A DNA stretch of 64,000 nucleotides from Candidatus Binatia bacterium (GTDB lineage: Bacteria; Acidobacteriota; Terriglobia; Terriglobales; Acidobacteriaceae), in the NCBI GenBank assembly GCA_035577905.1, contig DATKAP010000095.1, positions 17,153 through 81,152 on the forward strand. Reading direction: 5' to 3'. The translations under genes were made by a program, and so were the position numbers. The notes beneath the pieces were generated by a model. That model was given only the letters and a program-made list of their open reading frames with translations, was not told the DNA's origin and did not search any database. Positions 29,803 through 38,450 of the stretch are shown in pieces (within the stretch, counting starts at the first letter, position 1; each line of letters begins with the position of its first letter).

Positions 29803-30411
29803 CTATGAGCTTCGAGCCCCGAGCTTTCTGACAAGTCGGATTATAGGGAATATGGTCGGAACTCTGCTTCGATAAAGCAGGAAGTCGCTGCCGAATCTCT
29901 TCGCCAGCTCGGCATCCTCCATTCGAATCATCACCGCGCCCGTCGCGATCGCGAAGGCCGTGAGCATCCAGCACACAACCAGCCCTGTGCCAACGCTCCA
30001 CCCCAGCATCTCACATAAGTGCGCAAGGTACACCGGATGCCGCACGCGGGCGCGAATTCCAGTGGTGATCAGCCGGTCCGCCGAATGATTCGGCCGCACT
30101 TCGGGCAGGCCGCCGAGTTGCGCCCAACTGAAATGCGCACCCGAGCGAAAGTAAAGATACCAGCCGAGGGCAAACAGCACGACCGCAGGAATCCAACTCC
30201 AGGTTGTGGAATAGAGCGCCACAGTTCGCCAATGGTCGGTGATCGCGCCGATGCCGACCCACATCGTGAGCCACGCCGGGATGAGCACGCGAAACGGTGA
30301 TCGCTCCTTCTTCCGCCAGCGATGCGCTCGCGGATGCACCATGAGCCAGAACAGAGGGACCGTGGAGTAGACGACGCAGGCTAGCCATCCCAGTGTTCGC
30401 AACAGGTGCAT
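29803..30411 (-). CDS. Isoprenylcysteine carboxyl methyltransferase (ICMT)/phospholipid methyltransferase family membrane protein
   Basis: Multi-TM protein with LITTGIRARVRHPVYLAHLCEMLGW (RHPxY motif of the ICMT/PEMT family). Confidence 0.7.
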   Translation of the reverse strand: MHLLRTLGWLACVVYSTVPLFWLMVHPRAHRWRKKERSPFRVLIPAWLTMWVGIGAITDHWRTVALYSTTWSWIPAVVLFALGWYLYFRSGAHFSWAQLGGLPEVRPNHSADRLITTGIRARVRHPVYLAHLCEMLGWSVGTGLVVCWMLTAFAIATGAVMIRMEDAELAKRFGSDFLLYRSRVPTIFPIIRLVRKLGARSS

Positions 30412-30510
30412 CGACCAATCTTAGAGCAGGGGCGGACGGTTCGTCAGAATTCGCAGGTCTGAGCGAGCGTCATGTCGCCCGGGACATTTGCAGGCCCGCG
30501 GCCGTACCCA

Positions 30511-30551
30511 TTGCGCTTCGCGCAACCCCGGACGAGGCGTCCGGGGCTACA
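30511..30551 (+). repeat. REP-like element (type B), in a divergent promoter region
   Basis: TTGCGCTTCGCGCAA (30511-25), then CCCCGGACG (30526-34), AGG, CGTCCGGGG (30538-46), then CTACA. Confidence 0.7.
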
Positions 30552-30599
30552 CAACATGGGTAACTATCCGATTCCGGCATCTCCTGCCATAATGAAAAA

Positions 30600-32300
30600 A
30601 TGGGAAGTGGTTTCCTTGGCGAGAATTGGCTTCCGAAGTCCGTCGTTTTATTACGTAACTATGACCGCCACAAATTTCTCCTCGATTTAATCGCCGGCGT
30701 CACCGTTGGTCTTGTCGCGCTTCCGCTTGCGATGGCGTTTGCTATCGCCTCGGGGCTCACTCCGCAAGCCGGCATTTACTGCGCCATCGTCACCGGATTC
30801 CTGATCTCGGCTCTCGGCGGCTCCAAGACGCAGATCGGCGGCCCCACTGGCGCGTTCGTGGTGGTCGTTGCCGGAATCGTCGCGGCCCACGGCGTCGACG
30901 GGCTCTTCATGTGCACGGTAATGGCTGGAGTTCTGCTGGTCATCATGGGACTCACCGGCTTCGGTACGGCGGTGAAGTTCATCCCGCGCCCGGTGGTCAT
31001 CGGATTCACCAATGGCATCGCCGTGCTGATCGCGAGCACGCAGGTGAAGGACTTCTTCGGGCTGCATCTCGACAAGGTTCCCGGAGTGTTCTGGCTCCGC
31101 ATGGAAGCGCTGGCAAAAAACTTTCACACACTTTCTTTCGAAGCGAGCGCTCTCGCTGCTTTCACGCTGCTGACGCTGATCATCTGCCGAAGCTTCTCGG
31201 CCCGCGTTCCCGGGCCTATTGTCGCGTTGGTGCTGGCAACGGCAGCTGTCTATTTCTTCAAACTCCCGATAGAGACGATCGGCACGAAATTCGGCGGAAT
31301 TCCGGGGGGCTTGCCGCACATGCAGATTCCGAAGTTCCGCAGCGATCTTATTCACGGCTTGCTTGGTCCTGCCTTTACCGTTGCCATGCTGGGTGCGATC
31401 GAATCGCTGATGTCGGCTGTTGTATCCGATCGCATGAGCAATGATCGGCATAATCCCAATGTCGAACTCGTGGCGCAGGGGGTCGCCAACGTGTTCTCGC
31501 CTATGTTCGGCGGATTGCCAGCTACGGGTGCGATTGCGCGCACGGCCACCAACATCCGCTCGGGTGCGCAGTCGCCGGTCGCAGGCATGATCCACGCGCT
31601 GACCCTTCTCTGCATCCTCGTGTTCGCGTCCAAGCTGGTCGCTTTCGTCCCGATGGCCGCTCTGGCGGGAATCCTGATGGTGGTCGCCTACAACATGGGC
31701 GAGTGGCGGGAGATCCCGCAACTGCTCAAGCTCACGAAAACCGATATCAGTATCTGGCTGGTGACTTTCGCGCTTACCGTGTTCGCTGATCTCACTGTTG
31801 CCGTCGAAGCGGGGATGATCCTTGCCGCACTGCTGTTCATCAGCCGTGTCGCTTCGACTACGACGGTGTCACAGGTGACCGAGGACTACGTCGAGGACGG
31901 GCGTGTCCACATCCTGCAGGACAAGGACATTCCGTACTATGCGACGATCTTCCGCATTCACGGACCGTTTCTGTTCGGCGCGACCGACAAAATCTCTGCG
32001 GTCACAGAGAACCTGCACAAACTACCACCCGTCGTGATCTTGCGTCTGCGCAACATGACTGCCCTCGACGCTACCGGGCTCTTCGCCATCGAGGAGGTTG
32101 CCAAACAGCTGCATTCGACCAAGCGCACTCTGATTCTTTGCGGCGCCCGCGAGCAGCCATCGCAGCTCATTCATCAGGCGGAGTTCGCTGAAGTAGTCGG
32201 GCAAGAAAATATCTGCGAGAACGTGCAGGACGCTTTGAGGCGTGCGGAGGAAGTCTACGAGCACCTTGAGGTCAATGGCGGCCCTGCTGCCGCCCGATAA
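30600..32300 (+). CDS. SulP family anion (sulfate/bicarbonate) permease with C-terminal STAS domain
   Basis: Sulfate_transp pattern LIAGVTVGLVALPLAMAFAIASGL...QIGGPTGAFVVVV. C-terminal STAS-like region VVILRLRNMTALDATGLFAIEEV. Confidence 0.9.
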   Translation: MGSGFLGENWLPKSVVLLRNYDRHKFLLDLIAGVTVGLVALPLAMAFAIASGLTPQAGIYCAIVTGFLISALGGSKTQIGGPTGAFVVVVAGIVAAHGVDGLFMCTVMAGVLLVIMGLTGFGTAVKFIPRPVVIGFTNGIAVLIASTQVKDFFGLHLDKVPGVFWLRMEALAKNFHTLSFEASALAAFTLLTLIICRSFSARVPGPIVALVLATAAVYFFKLPIETIGTKFGGIPGGLPHMQIPKFRSDLIHGLLGPAFTVAMLGAIESLMSAVVSDRMSNDRHNPNVELVAQGVANVFSPMFGGLPATGAIARTATNIRSGAQSPVAGMIHALTLLCILVFASKLVAFVPMAALAGILMVVAYNMGEWREIPQLLKLTKTDISIWLVTFALTVFADLTVAVEAGMILAALLFISRVASTTTVSQVTEDYVEDGRVHILQDKDIPYYATIFRIHGPFLFGATDKISAVTENLHKLPPVVILRLRNMTALDATGLFAIEEVAKQLHSTKRTLILCGAREQPSQLIHQAEFAEVVGQENICENVQDALRRAEEVYEHLEVNGGPAAAR

Positions 32301-32363
32301 ATGTGGGGGTCGACGCCTTCTCCGCCTCGCGAGCCCTAAGCAAACGGACGCGTAACAGGAGCT

Positions 32364-32446
32364 TGGGTCCGCCCGAAACCACCTGGACGATACCAGCCGC
32401 CATCATAGCGCTTCGCGCAACCCCGGGCGAGGCGCCCGGGGCTACA
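32364..32446 (+). repeat. REP-like element (type B) with compensatory arm substitutions
   Basis: TGGGTCCGCCCG...GCGCTTCGCGCAA, then CCCCGGGCG (32421-29), AGG, CGCCCGGGG (32433-41), then CTACA. The A>G and T>C changes keep the stem. It lies between convergent genes. Confidence 0.7.
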
Positions 32447-32450
32447 CGTA

Positions 32451-34784
32451 CTAGAACCGGTATACGTACGACGCCTTCACGAAAAACTGGCGGCCGTCGT
32501 TGATGTAGCCGTTTGGAGTCGTCACGATGTTTCCTGTTACTGGATCGACGGCCAAGTTGCGGTCCAGATTCGCCAGATCGGTGTTGTAGCCGACGTAAAT
32601 CGCCGTACCAGGATGGATCAGGTAGGTGATGAGGAAATCGGTGTTGAAGTTCTTGGTGCGAGGGAGCGAACTGATCGCCGGATTTGACAGCACGGCGTTG
32701 TATTGCAGGATGAGGCGGGCGGACAAGTTCCGGTTGAACTGGTAGTTCCACTTGGTGCGGAAAATGTGGTTCGTCACCGCGGTCAGATTGGCGTCCCTCT
32801 CGCGGATGTGTTCGAGCAAGTAGGCATTGTCAATCCGCAAACGTCCGGCGGCGTGGACGGTCAGAGTGAAGTTGCCCTGATCTTCATGTCCGATCATGGG
32901 AGGACGTCCTGGGGCCGGGTTGTAGTTCACGCCGGCACCGGAAACGAAGAAGGCCGTGAGATCGAACTGTTTGAACCAGCTGGTCGCGCCATCGATTCCC
33001 CAGAATGGCTGCGGATAGGCCGTAACCCGCGACAGGGTGTTGTAGTCGATGGGGCGGAGACGTACGTCGTCATAGCCGAAGGGATGGAAGTTGACGTAGG
33101 TGCTGCGAATCATGTCGACTCGGAATCCGGGATAGACGAAGTAATCGAGGGCGGTTCCGCTGTGGTCCCAGATGTTGAACTGCTGCAGCGTTGGGCCGTA
33201 CGAGATGAGGAATTTGCCTTCGGGCCGCCAGTAGTAGCTGGCTTTGACAATTTGTTGCCGCAGATCGACGCGGTTCACGAAGCCGGTTTGGGTCTCGAAA
33301 TTGGGGCTGAAGTCGAGATATTGCGATTGCAGGTTGAGTTGGCGTCCTGCTCTTTCGAGGTTGAGCTTGTAGCCGAGCCCGTCGAGGGGCGGGGTTTCCG
33401 CGATTACATCGTGGGTGGAACTGGCCGCCGCCTGTCCCTGCAGGCGCCAGTGCTGGTCCAGCTTGACGTTCGCGTCGATTCCTCCCACACGGTTATACCC
33501 ACCGGCAAACTCACGATCGGTGTAGATGGCCCCAACGGTGGACTGATCGAGGATGTCGCGGCTTACACGAGCGATGGTGAACGCGGCGCGGTCGCCGGCA
33601 TGAGGATCTGTGGGCGGTAATACTTCGCCGGGGGCGCGGTCGTCGCTGGCGAGCACTCCCACAGCCCATGGTCCCGACTTGCCTGTCAGGCGTAATCCGA
33701 ATTCGGGGTGAACGATGTTCCGGGTGAAAACCAGATCAATCGGGCTGGTGAAGTAGTTGCTGTTCTCCAAAAAGAACGGGCGCTTTTCGGGGAAGAAGAC
33801 AGCGAATCGCTGATTCACCGTGATTTGCGGCTGATCGGATTCAATCTGGCTGAAATCAGGGTTGATCGTAGCATCGAGCACGAAGCTGTCGTGCAGGATG
33901 AATTTCGCGTCCAGGCCGATTTCCGGCTGCAATGTCTTGCTTTCGAACGTGGGGTGCGTCGGGTCCCGATCGTCGATATCGCGAAAGCTGCGGAGCAGTC
34001 CGTAGGGAATGAGCTGAATGTTGCGGGCCGGAGAGACGTGATCGACGCCCGTGGCAGTTGCGGCTTGGTTGAACCGCCCCTGGATACGGCTGGAGATTCG
34101 CGGCCAGAACAGATTTTCGTTGGTGCGCGGGATGCTGCGATTCAGAATGATGCGCCACTGCTGCTGGTCGACACGGGGGAACCGCAGACTCTTGAAGGGA
34201 ATCTCCATCAGAAGGATGTAGCCCTGGTTGGTAAGACGGCCCTCGGAGTTCCATACCGTATCGAATGATTGATCGAAACCGCTATAGTCAGCGGGGAGTC
34301 CATTGCCAATGGAACCTTCCGTCCACAGGGCGTCCCATTGGATTCCCAGAGGATTGGCGGCAAAGGCGTATCCACGGCGGGCATCGTCGAAGGTATCGAT
34401 CATGATCTCGGCCGAGTCGTCGGAGAAGATGTCCTCGCGGCGCGTCATGCGGGCTCGGATTTTGTCGGGTTCCTTGTCCCAGCAGATGAAGACTGCGTAA
34501 AGGTTGCGGTCATCGTATGCGAGGTAGACGTCGGTGTCCTGCGTTGGCTGAGCGCCATCGGCGGGCTCGCGGGCGATGAAGCCGCTGACTTTCAGCATTT
34601 GCTGGGAGACGGCAGAAATCGGGTACATAGCTTCGAAATCGGCGAGCGTAGGAGGTTGCTCGATCCGGGGGATTTGAATCGAGGGTGCCGCGGCAAACGC
34701 GCGGGACGCCATGAGCAAAGCCGCGAGCGGACCAATTATTGTTCTGAGGCGCAGATTCCCGAGACTCACGAGGTGAACGAGCAT
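32451..34784 (-). CDS. Large outer-membrane protein of the CBM9-like/DUF5916 type
   Basis: Signal peptide. N-terminal pattern DTDVYLAYDDRNLYAVFICWDKEPDKIRARMTRRED...IMIDTFDDARRGYAFAANPLG, typical of CBM9-like + DUF5916 proteins. C-terminal ...KASYVYRF has a terminal aromatic residue. Confidence 0.75.
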   Translation of the reverse strand: MLVHLVSLGNLRLRTIIGPLAALLMASRAFAAAPSIQIPRIEQPPTLADFEAMYPISAVSQQMLKVSGFIAREPADGAQPTQDTDVYLAYDDRNLYAVFICWDKEPDKIRARMTRREDIFSDDSAEIMIDTFDDARRGYAFAANPLGIQWDALWTEGSIGNGLPADYSGFDQSFDTVWNSEGRLTNQGYILLMEIPFKSLRFPRVDQQQWRIILNRSIPRTNENLFWPRISSRIQGRFNQAATATGVDHVSPARNIQLIPYGLLRSFRDIDDRDPTHPTFESKTLQPEIGLDAKFILHDSFVLDATINPDFSQIESDQPQITVNQRFAVFFPEKRPFFLENSNYFTSPIDLVFTRNIVHPEFGLRLTGKSGPWAVGVLASDDRAPGEVLPPTDPHAGDRAAFTIARVSRDILDQSTVGAIYTDREFAGGYNRVGGIDANVKLDQHWRLQGQAAASSTHDVIAETPPLDGLGYKLNLERAGRQLNLQSQYLDFSPNFETQTGFVNRVDLRQQIVKASYYWRPEGKFLISYGPTLQQFNIWDHSGTALDYFVYPGFRVDMIRSTYVNFHPFGYDDVRLRPIDYNTLSRVTAYPQPFWGIDGATSWFKQFDLTAFFVSGAGVNYNPAPGRPPMIGHEDQGNFTLTVHAAGRLRIDNAYLLEHIRERDANLTAVTNHIFRTKWNYQFNRNLSARLILQYNAVLSNPAISSLPRTKNFNTDFLITYLIHPGTAIYVGYNTDLANLDRNLAVDPVTGNIVTTPNGYINDGRQFFVKASYVYRF

Positions 34785-34863
34785 TTTACATGCAGAGATG
34801 CGCGCAAATGAGCTCGATCAGGATTCACACAGCGAGGGCCCGGGTGGCTGTCACGAGACTGAG

Positions 34864-35442
34864 CTATCTTGATTTGCGCAAGGCGGCCTGCGCCAAACCA
34901 TTGGCTTCGGCATTCTCTTCGCGGCGCACGTGAGAAATGGAGAAGGCCAGCGATCGTGCCAGCTTCCGGCAGGTCCAGTGCAAGGAATAGAGACGGGAAC
35001 TGCGACAGGTATATTCCCCCGTCATCTGCCGCACAACGACTTCGGAATCGGAGTAAACGTGGAGCTTGCGCGCCTTGAAGGCGACGGCGTATTGCAGCGC
35101 TTCCATCAACGCGGCATATTCGGCGACATTGTTGTCCTGGTGACCGATCCACTTGGCGATCCGGACGGGGCCGTCCGTCATGCCCTGGATGACAACGCCA
35201 ATACCCGAGGGTCCCGGATTTCCCAGGCATCCGCCGTCTACATAGGCCACCAGTTCGGGTATCACTTCCTCTAAACTCTCTGCTATTTGAAAGATGCCTC
35301 CATCTACCTGCCCCGTCAAGACGAAAATTTGGTTCCCTTCCAGGCTCTTGCGGTTGTCCGTGGCGCTGTGAATGTTTCTGTGTAAAAGGCGTACTGAATG
35401 AAATGCAACAAGATTAAGTTTATCTATTCCAACCATTTGCAT
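34864..35442 (-). CDS. Ribonuclease H (type 1) family protein; N-terminal boundary uncertain
   Basis: RNase H core VAYVDGGCLGNPGPSGIGVVI...NNVAEYAALMEALQYA...LHVYSDSEVVVRQM...ENAEANGLA (D-E-D-D context). The roughly 65 aa before the core are unrecognised, so the true start may be internal. Confidence 0.7.
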   Translation of the reverse strand: MQMVGIDKLNLVAFHSVRLLHRNIHSATDNRKSLEGNQIFVLTGQVDGGIFQIAESLEEVIPELVAYVDGGCLGNPGPSGIGVVIQGMTDGPVRIAKWIGHQDNNVAEYAALMEALQYAVAFKARKLHVYSDSEVVVRQMTGEYTCRSSRLYSLHWTCRKLARSLAFSISHVRREENAEANGLAQAALRKSR

Positions 35443-35898
35443 TTTCGATTATGCACAGGTTTTGCACTCAGCGTTGCACCAAAACTTTGCGTTGACTTTT
35501 ATGAATGCTCTGTTAACTTTGCTTGCGTCGACGGTCGAAAGGGTTGGCACAATAAAACGAGCCGATCCGAAGTAGACTGAGTGATCAGCCGGGCGGGGCG
35601 ACTCGCAAGGCGACCGAACCTGAAAAAACCGACGGACCTGCGAGGGTCAGTTGGGGTTGGGAACTGCGAAAGCAGTGATCGCATCAAGGGGCTGCGACGG
35701 TACATGCTACCACGCTGTGGGCTCTCTCGCAGGAGCTAGCGGCTAGGGCATAACCAATGTCGCGGCCCTTTCAATTTTTTCCCGCTTTTCCTTTTCTCGA
35801 AGTTTCTCAAGGAATCGTCAAGTCAGATTCTGTCTGAGCCTCAGGTTGCTGCTAGTTCTGCCAGTAGCCTGCAGCCGTGTTTCTCCTACCCTTGACTC

Positions 35899-37611
35899 GT
35901 GGGTTTCACGATGCCTGAAAGATCATTATTGATGGTGATTGCGCGCAGGTTTGGGCTGGTTCTGCTGCTGGCGTTGATCTTCGAAAGCCTTGATGTCCTG
36001 ACTGGCATTGGCCCAGAGCGCACCGATGCCGGTTCACCCCCAACCAGTGCCCGTCTGAGCGAGATCGTGACGAGCGGGCATTTGGCAGATCTCCGTTGGC
36101 CCGATTTCTCCGACTATAAGGCCCATGTCGCCGAGTTCTACGAGTCCAACGGCAACGCCGTCGCCTGGGTACAGGGCCGCCAGCCATCGTCTCAAGCTTT
36201 GGCCCTGATCGAAGACTTCAAGGGGGCTTGGAAAAATGGCTTGCAGCCGGAAGACTACGACGCTTCCCGTTGGGACGCCCGTATCCGTGAACTGGAAAAT
36301 TCCGAACCCGATGCGGCTCCGTTTGACGTAGCCATGACCGTTTGCACCATGCGGTTCGTTTCGGACCTGCGTATTGGGCGCATCAACCCCAAGCACTTCC
36401 GTTTCGGACTGAGCGTCGAGCAGAAGAAATACGACCTGGCGCAATTCCTGCATGACCGGCTGTTGCACGCATCGGACGTTTCGACGGTGCTGGACGGCGT
36501 GGAGCCTCCCTTTGCCGGATATCGTCGTACGGAGGCTGCATTGCTTCGCTACGCTGAACTGGTCAGCAAAGACGATGGGGAGCAACTCCCTCCGTCCGCC
36601 AAGCCGATCGACCATGGGAAACAATATGCAGGAGTGCCGCGCCTGGTGCGATTGCTGAAGCTGGTTGGTGATCTACCTTCCGACGCGACGCTCCCATCCG
36701 ATCCCGAACTCTACGATGGAGCGCTGGTGGATGCGGTGAAGAGTTTTCAACGCCGTCACGGCCTGCAGGATGACGGCCGACTGGGTGCCGAGACTCTCAA
36801 GCAGCTCAACGTACCTTTGTCAGATCGTGTTCGCCAATTGCAGCTGACGCTGGAGCGATGGCGCTGGGCGCCGTCAGAGTTTTCCGCTCCCCCGATCATT
36901 GTGAACATTCCGGATTTTCGCCTGCGTGCTTTGGACGAGGCGAACAATGTCACCTTGAACATGCGCGTTGTTGTGGGGAAGGCTATGCGCACCCAGACGC
37001 CAGTTTTCTCGCGGGACATGACTTACGTTGTTCTGCGTCCCTACTGGAATGTTCCTCCCAGCATTCTGCGAGGCGAGATCGTGCCCGCGATCCAGCGCAA
37101 CCGGGACTACATTGCCAACAAGCGCTACGAGGTCACCACGCACGACGGCAAGGTGGTCACCGATGGAACGATCTCCGACGAGGTGCTAGCGCAGTTGAAG
37201 GCAGGAAAGTTGGCAGTCCGGCAAAAACCGGGTCCAGCGAATGCGCTCGGCCTGGTGAAGCTGATGTTTCCTAACGAGTTCAACGTATATCTGCACAGCA
37301 CTCCGGCTGCCGAGTTGTTCTCGCGAAGCCGGCGCGACTTCAGCCATGGCTGTATCCGCGTGGAGAAACCCGCCGAACTTACCGCGTGGGCATTGCGCAA
37401 CAACCCGGGTTGGAGCCTGGAGCGGGTGAAGGAATCAATGACCGGGGAAAAGGACAACGTGACGGTTTCGCTGAGCCGGCCCATACCGGTCTTTATCGTC
37501 TACGCGACGGCGCTAGCTTACGAGAATGGAGAGGTTCACTTTTACCCGGACATCTACGGGCACGATGCCTCCCTCGCACAAGCCTTGGCCAAGGGATACC
37601 CCTATCCCTGA
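35899..37611 (+). CDS. L,D-transpeptidase (YcbB/LdtD-like) with peptidoglycan-binding domain
   Basis: PG_binding_1 pattern LVDAVKSFQRRHGLQDDGRLGAETLKQLN. YkuD catalytic region NVYLHSTP...SHGCIRVEKP. GTG 35899 or ATG 35911 as start. Confidence 0.85.
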   Translation: MGFTMPERSLLMVIARRFGLVLLLALIFESLDVLTGIGPERTDAGSPPTSARLSEIVTSGHLADLRWPDFSDYKAHVAEFYESNGNAVAWVQGRQPSSQALALIEDFKGAWKNGLQPEDYDASRWDARIRELENSEPDAAPFDVAMTVCTMRFVSDLRIGRINPKHFRFGLSVEQKKYDLAQFLHDRLLHASDVSTVLDGVEPPFAGYRRTEAALLRYAELVSKDDGEQLPPSAKPIDHGKQYAGVPRLVRLLKLVGDLPSDATLPSDPELYDGALVDAVKSFQRRHGLQDDGRLGAETLKQLNVPLSDRVRQLQLTLERWRWAPSEFSAPPIIVNIPDFRLRALDEANNVTLNMRVVVGKAMRTQTPVFSRDMTYVVLRPYWNVPPSILRGEIVPAIQRNRDYIANKRYEVTTHDGKVVTDGTISDEVLAQLKAGKLAVRQKPGPANALGLVKLMFPNEFNVYLHSTPAAELFSRSRRDFSHGCIRVEKPAELTAWALRNNPGWSLERVKESMTGEKDNVTVSLSRPIPVFIVYATALAYENGEVHFYPDIYGHDASLAQALAKGYPYP

Positions 37612-37621
37612 TTGAGGGCGG

Positions 37622-38191
37622 CTACCAGCGTCGAACGCGTCCGACATCGACGTGGACGAACGCGGATTTTTCGTAGTATCCGACTCCACCGCGATGCAAC
37701 TGGAGCGCGGCATCGCGAAGCTCGGTCGTCGACACTCCCGGTACGCGGATGTCAATCGCCATCGCCTGCATATGCAGGCTGTGTCGAGCCACGCCGTGCC
37801 CGTGGGTCCGCAGATACTCGTTGGTGCGCGGCGTGCGATAGCCGCAGACAACGTCGATCTCTGCGTCAGGGCGTCTCAGCGAAACCAGCAAATCATGCAG
37901 CAGGTCGAGGAGGCGCGGGTCGTATTCGTGAACATCGCCCGTCCGGTAGTCGCCCAGGTATTCGTTGATGCGCGCAAGGGCATCCGGATCGTAGCCCGCT
38001 CCGTCACGATAAACCACATCAAGGCGTTGTCCGGTATGGGTATGGAAGAAGCGAAGGCGAAAGGGAGCGTCAGTTGCCTTAGAAGCATTTGTGCCGGTCG
38101 CCAGGAACAAAGCGGCGAGCACGCACACGGTTCGCCCGGCACTCCGAAGCAAGGCAGAGTTTCGGTCTGGGGTGGATGAGGTACGGATCAT
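37622..38191 (-). CDS. DUF882/peptidase M15A family protein (YcbK/MepK-like murein endopeptidase)
   Basis: LRFFHTHTGQRLDVVY...VVCGYRTPRTNEYL...SLHMQAMAIDIRVPG...GGVGYYEKSAFVHVDVGRVRRW is collinear with the YcbK family. Signal peptide present. Confidence 0.8.
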   Translation of the reverse strand: MIRTSSTPDRNSALLRSAGRTVCVLAALFLATGTNASKATDAPFRLRFFHTHTGQRLDVVYRDGAGYDPDALARINEYLGDYRTGDVHEYDPRLLDLLHDLLVSLRRPDAEIDVVCGYRTPRTNEYLRTHGHGVARHSLHMQAMAIDIRVPGVSTTELRDAALQLHRGGVGYYEKSAFVHVDVGRVRRW

Positions 38192-38450
38192 TTGATTATA
38201 GGATGCGACGCGCCTTTTGGGATCAGGCTATTTAGCCTACGATTAGCCCGGATTCAGCCTTGTTTCACGGACCTTGCGGACAGTGGGCCGACAACAATCC
38301 ATTGTAAGTCGAAGCAGCACTCCATGACGTTGCCTTGAAGCAATGTCTGCCGGCCGTTTCGCTTGTCAAAGTGACTCTGGGGAACACGCCCACAAAAAAG
38401 CCTCCGTCGCAATATCTGCGAGGGAGGCCACACGAAACGCTGGGACGAAT

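Noticed and set aside
11307-32446. The recurring hairpin repeats as a CRISPR array.
   Set aside because: The copies are kilobases apart in separate intergenic regions, not in a regularly spaced array with short spacers, and no cas genes are present. They fit REP/MITE-like elements.
35521-35760. Identity of the structured intergenic region as tmRNA, RNase P RNA, SRP RNA or 6S RNA.
   Set aside because: It lacks the GAGGAAAGUCCGGGC core of RNase P. It lacks a tRNA-like 3' end or an Ala-resume tag frame for tmRNA. It lacks the SRP domain IV motif. It is kept only as an unclassified candidate in the findings.
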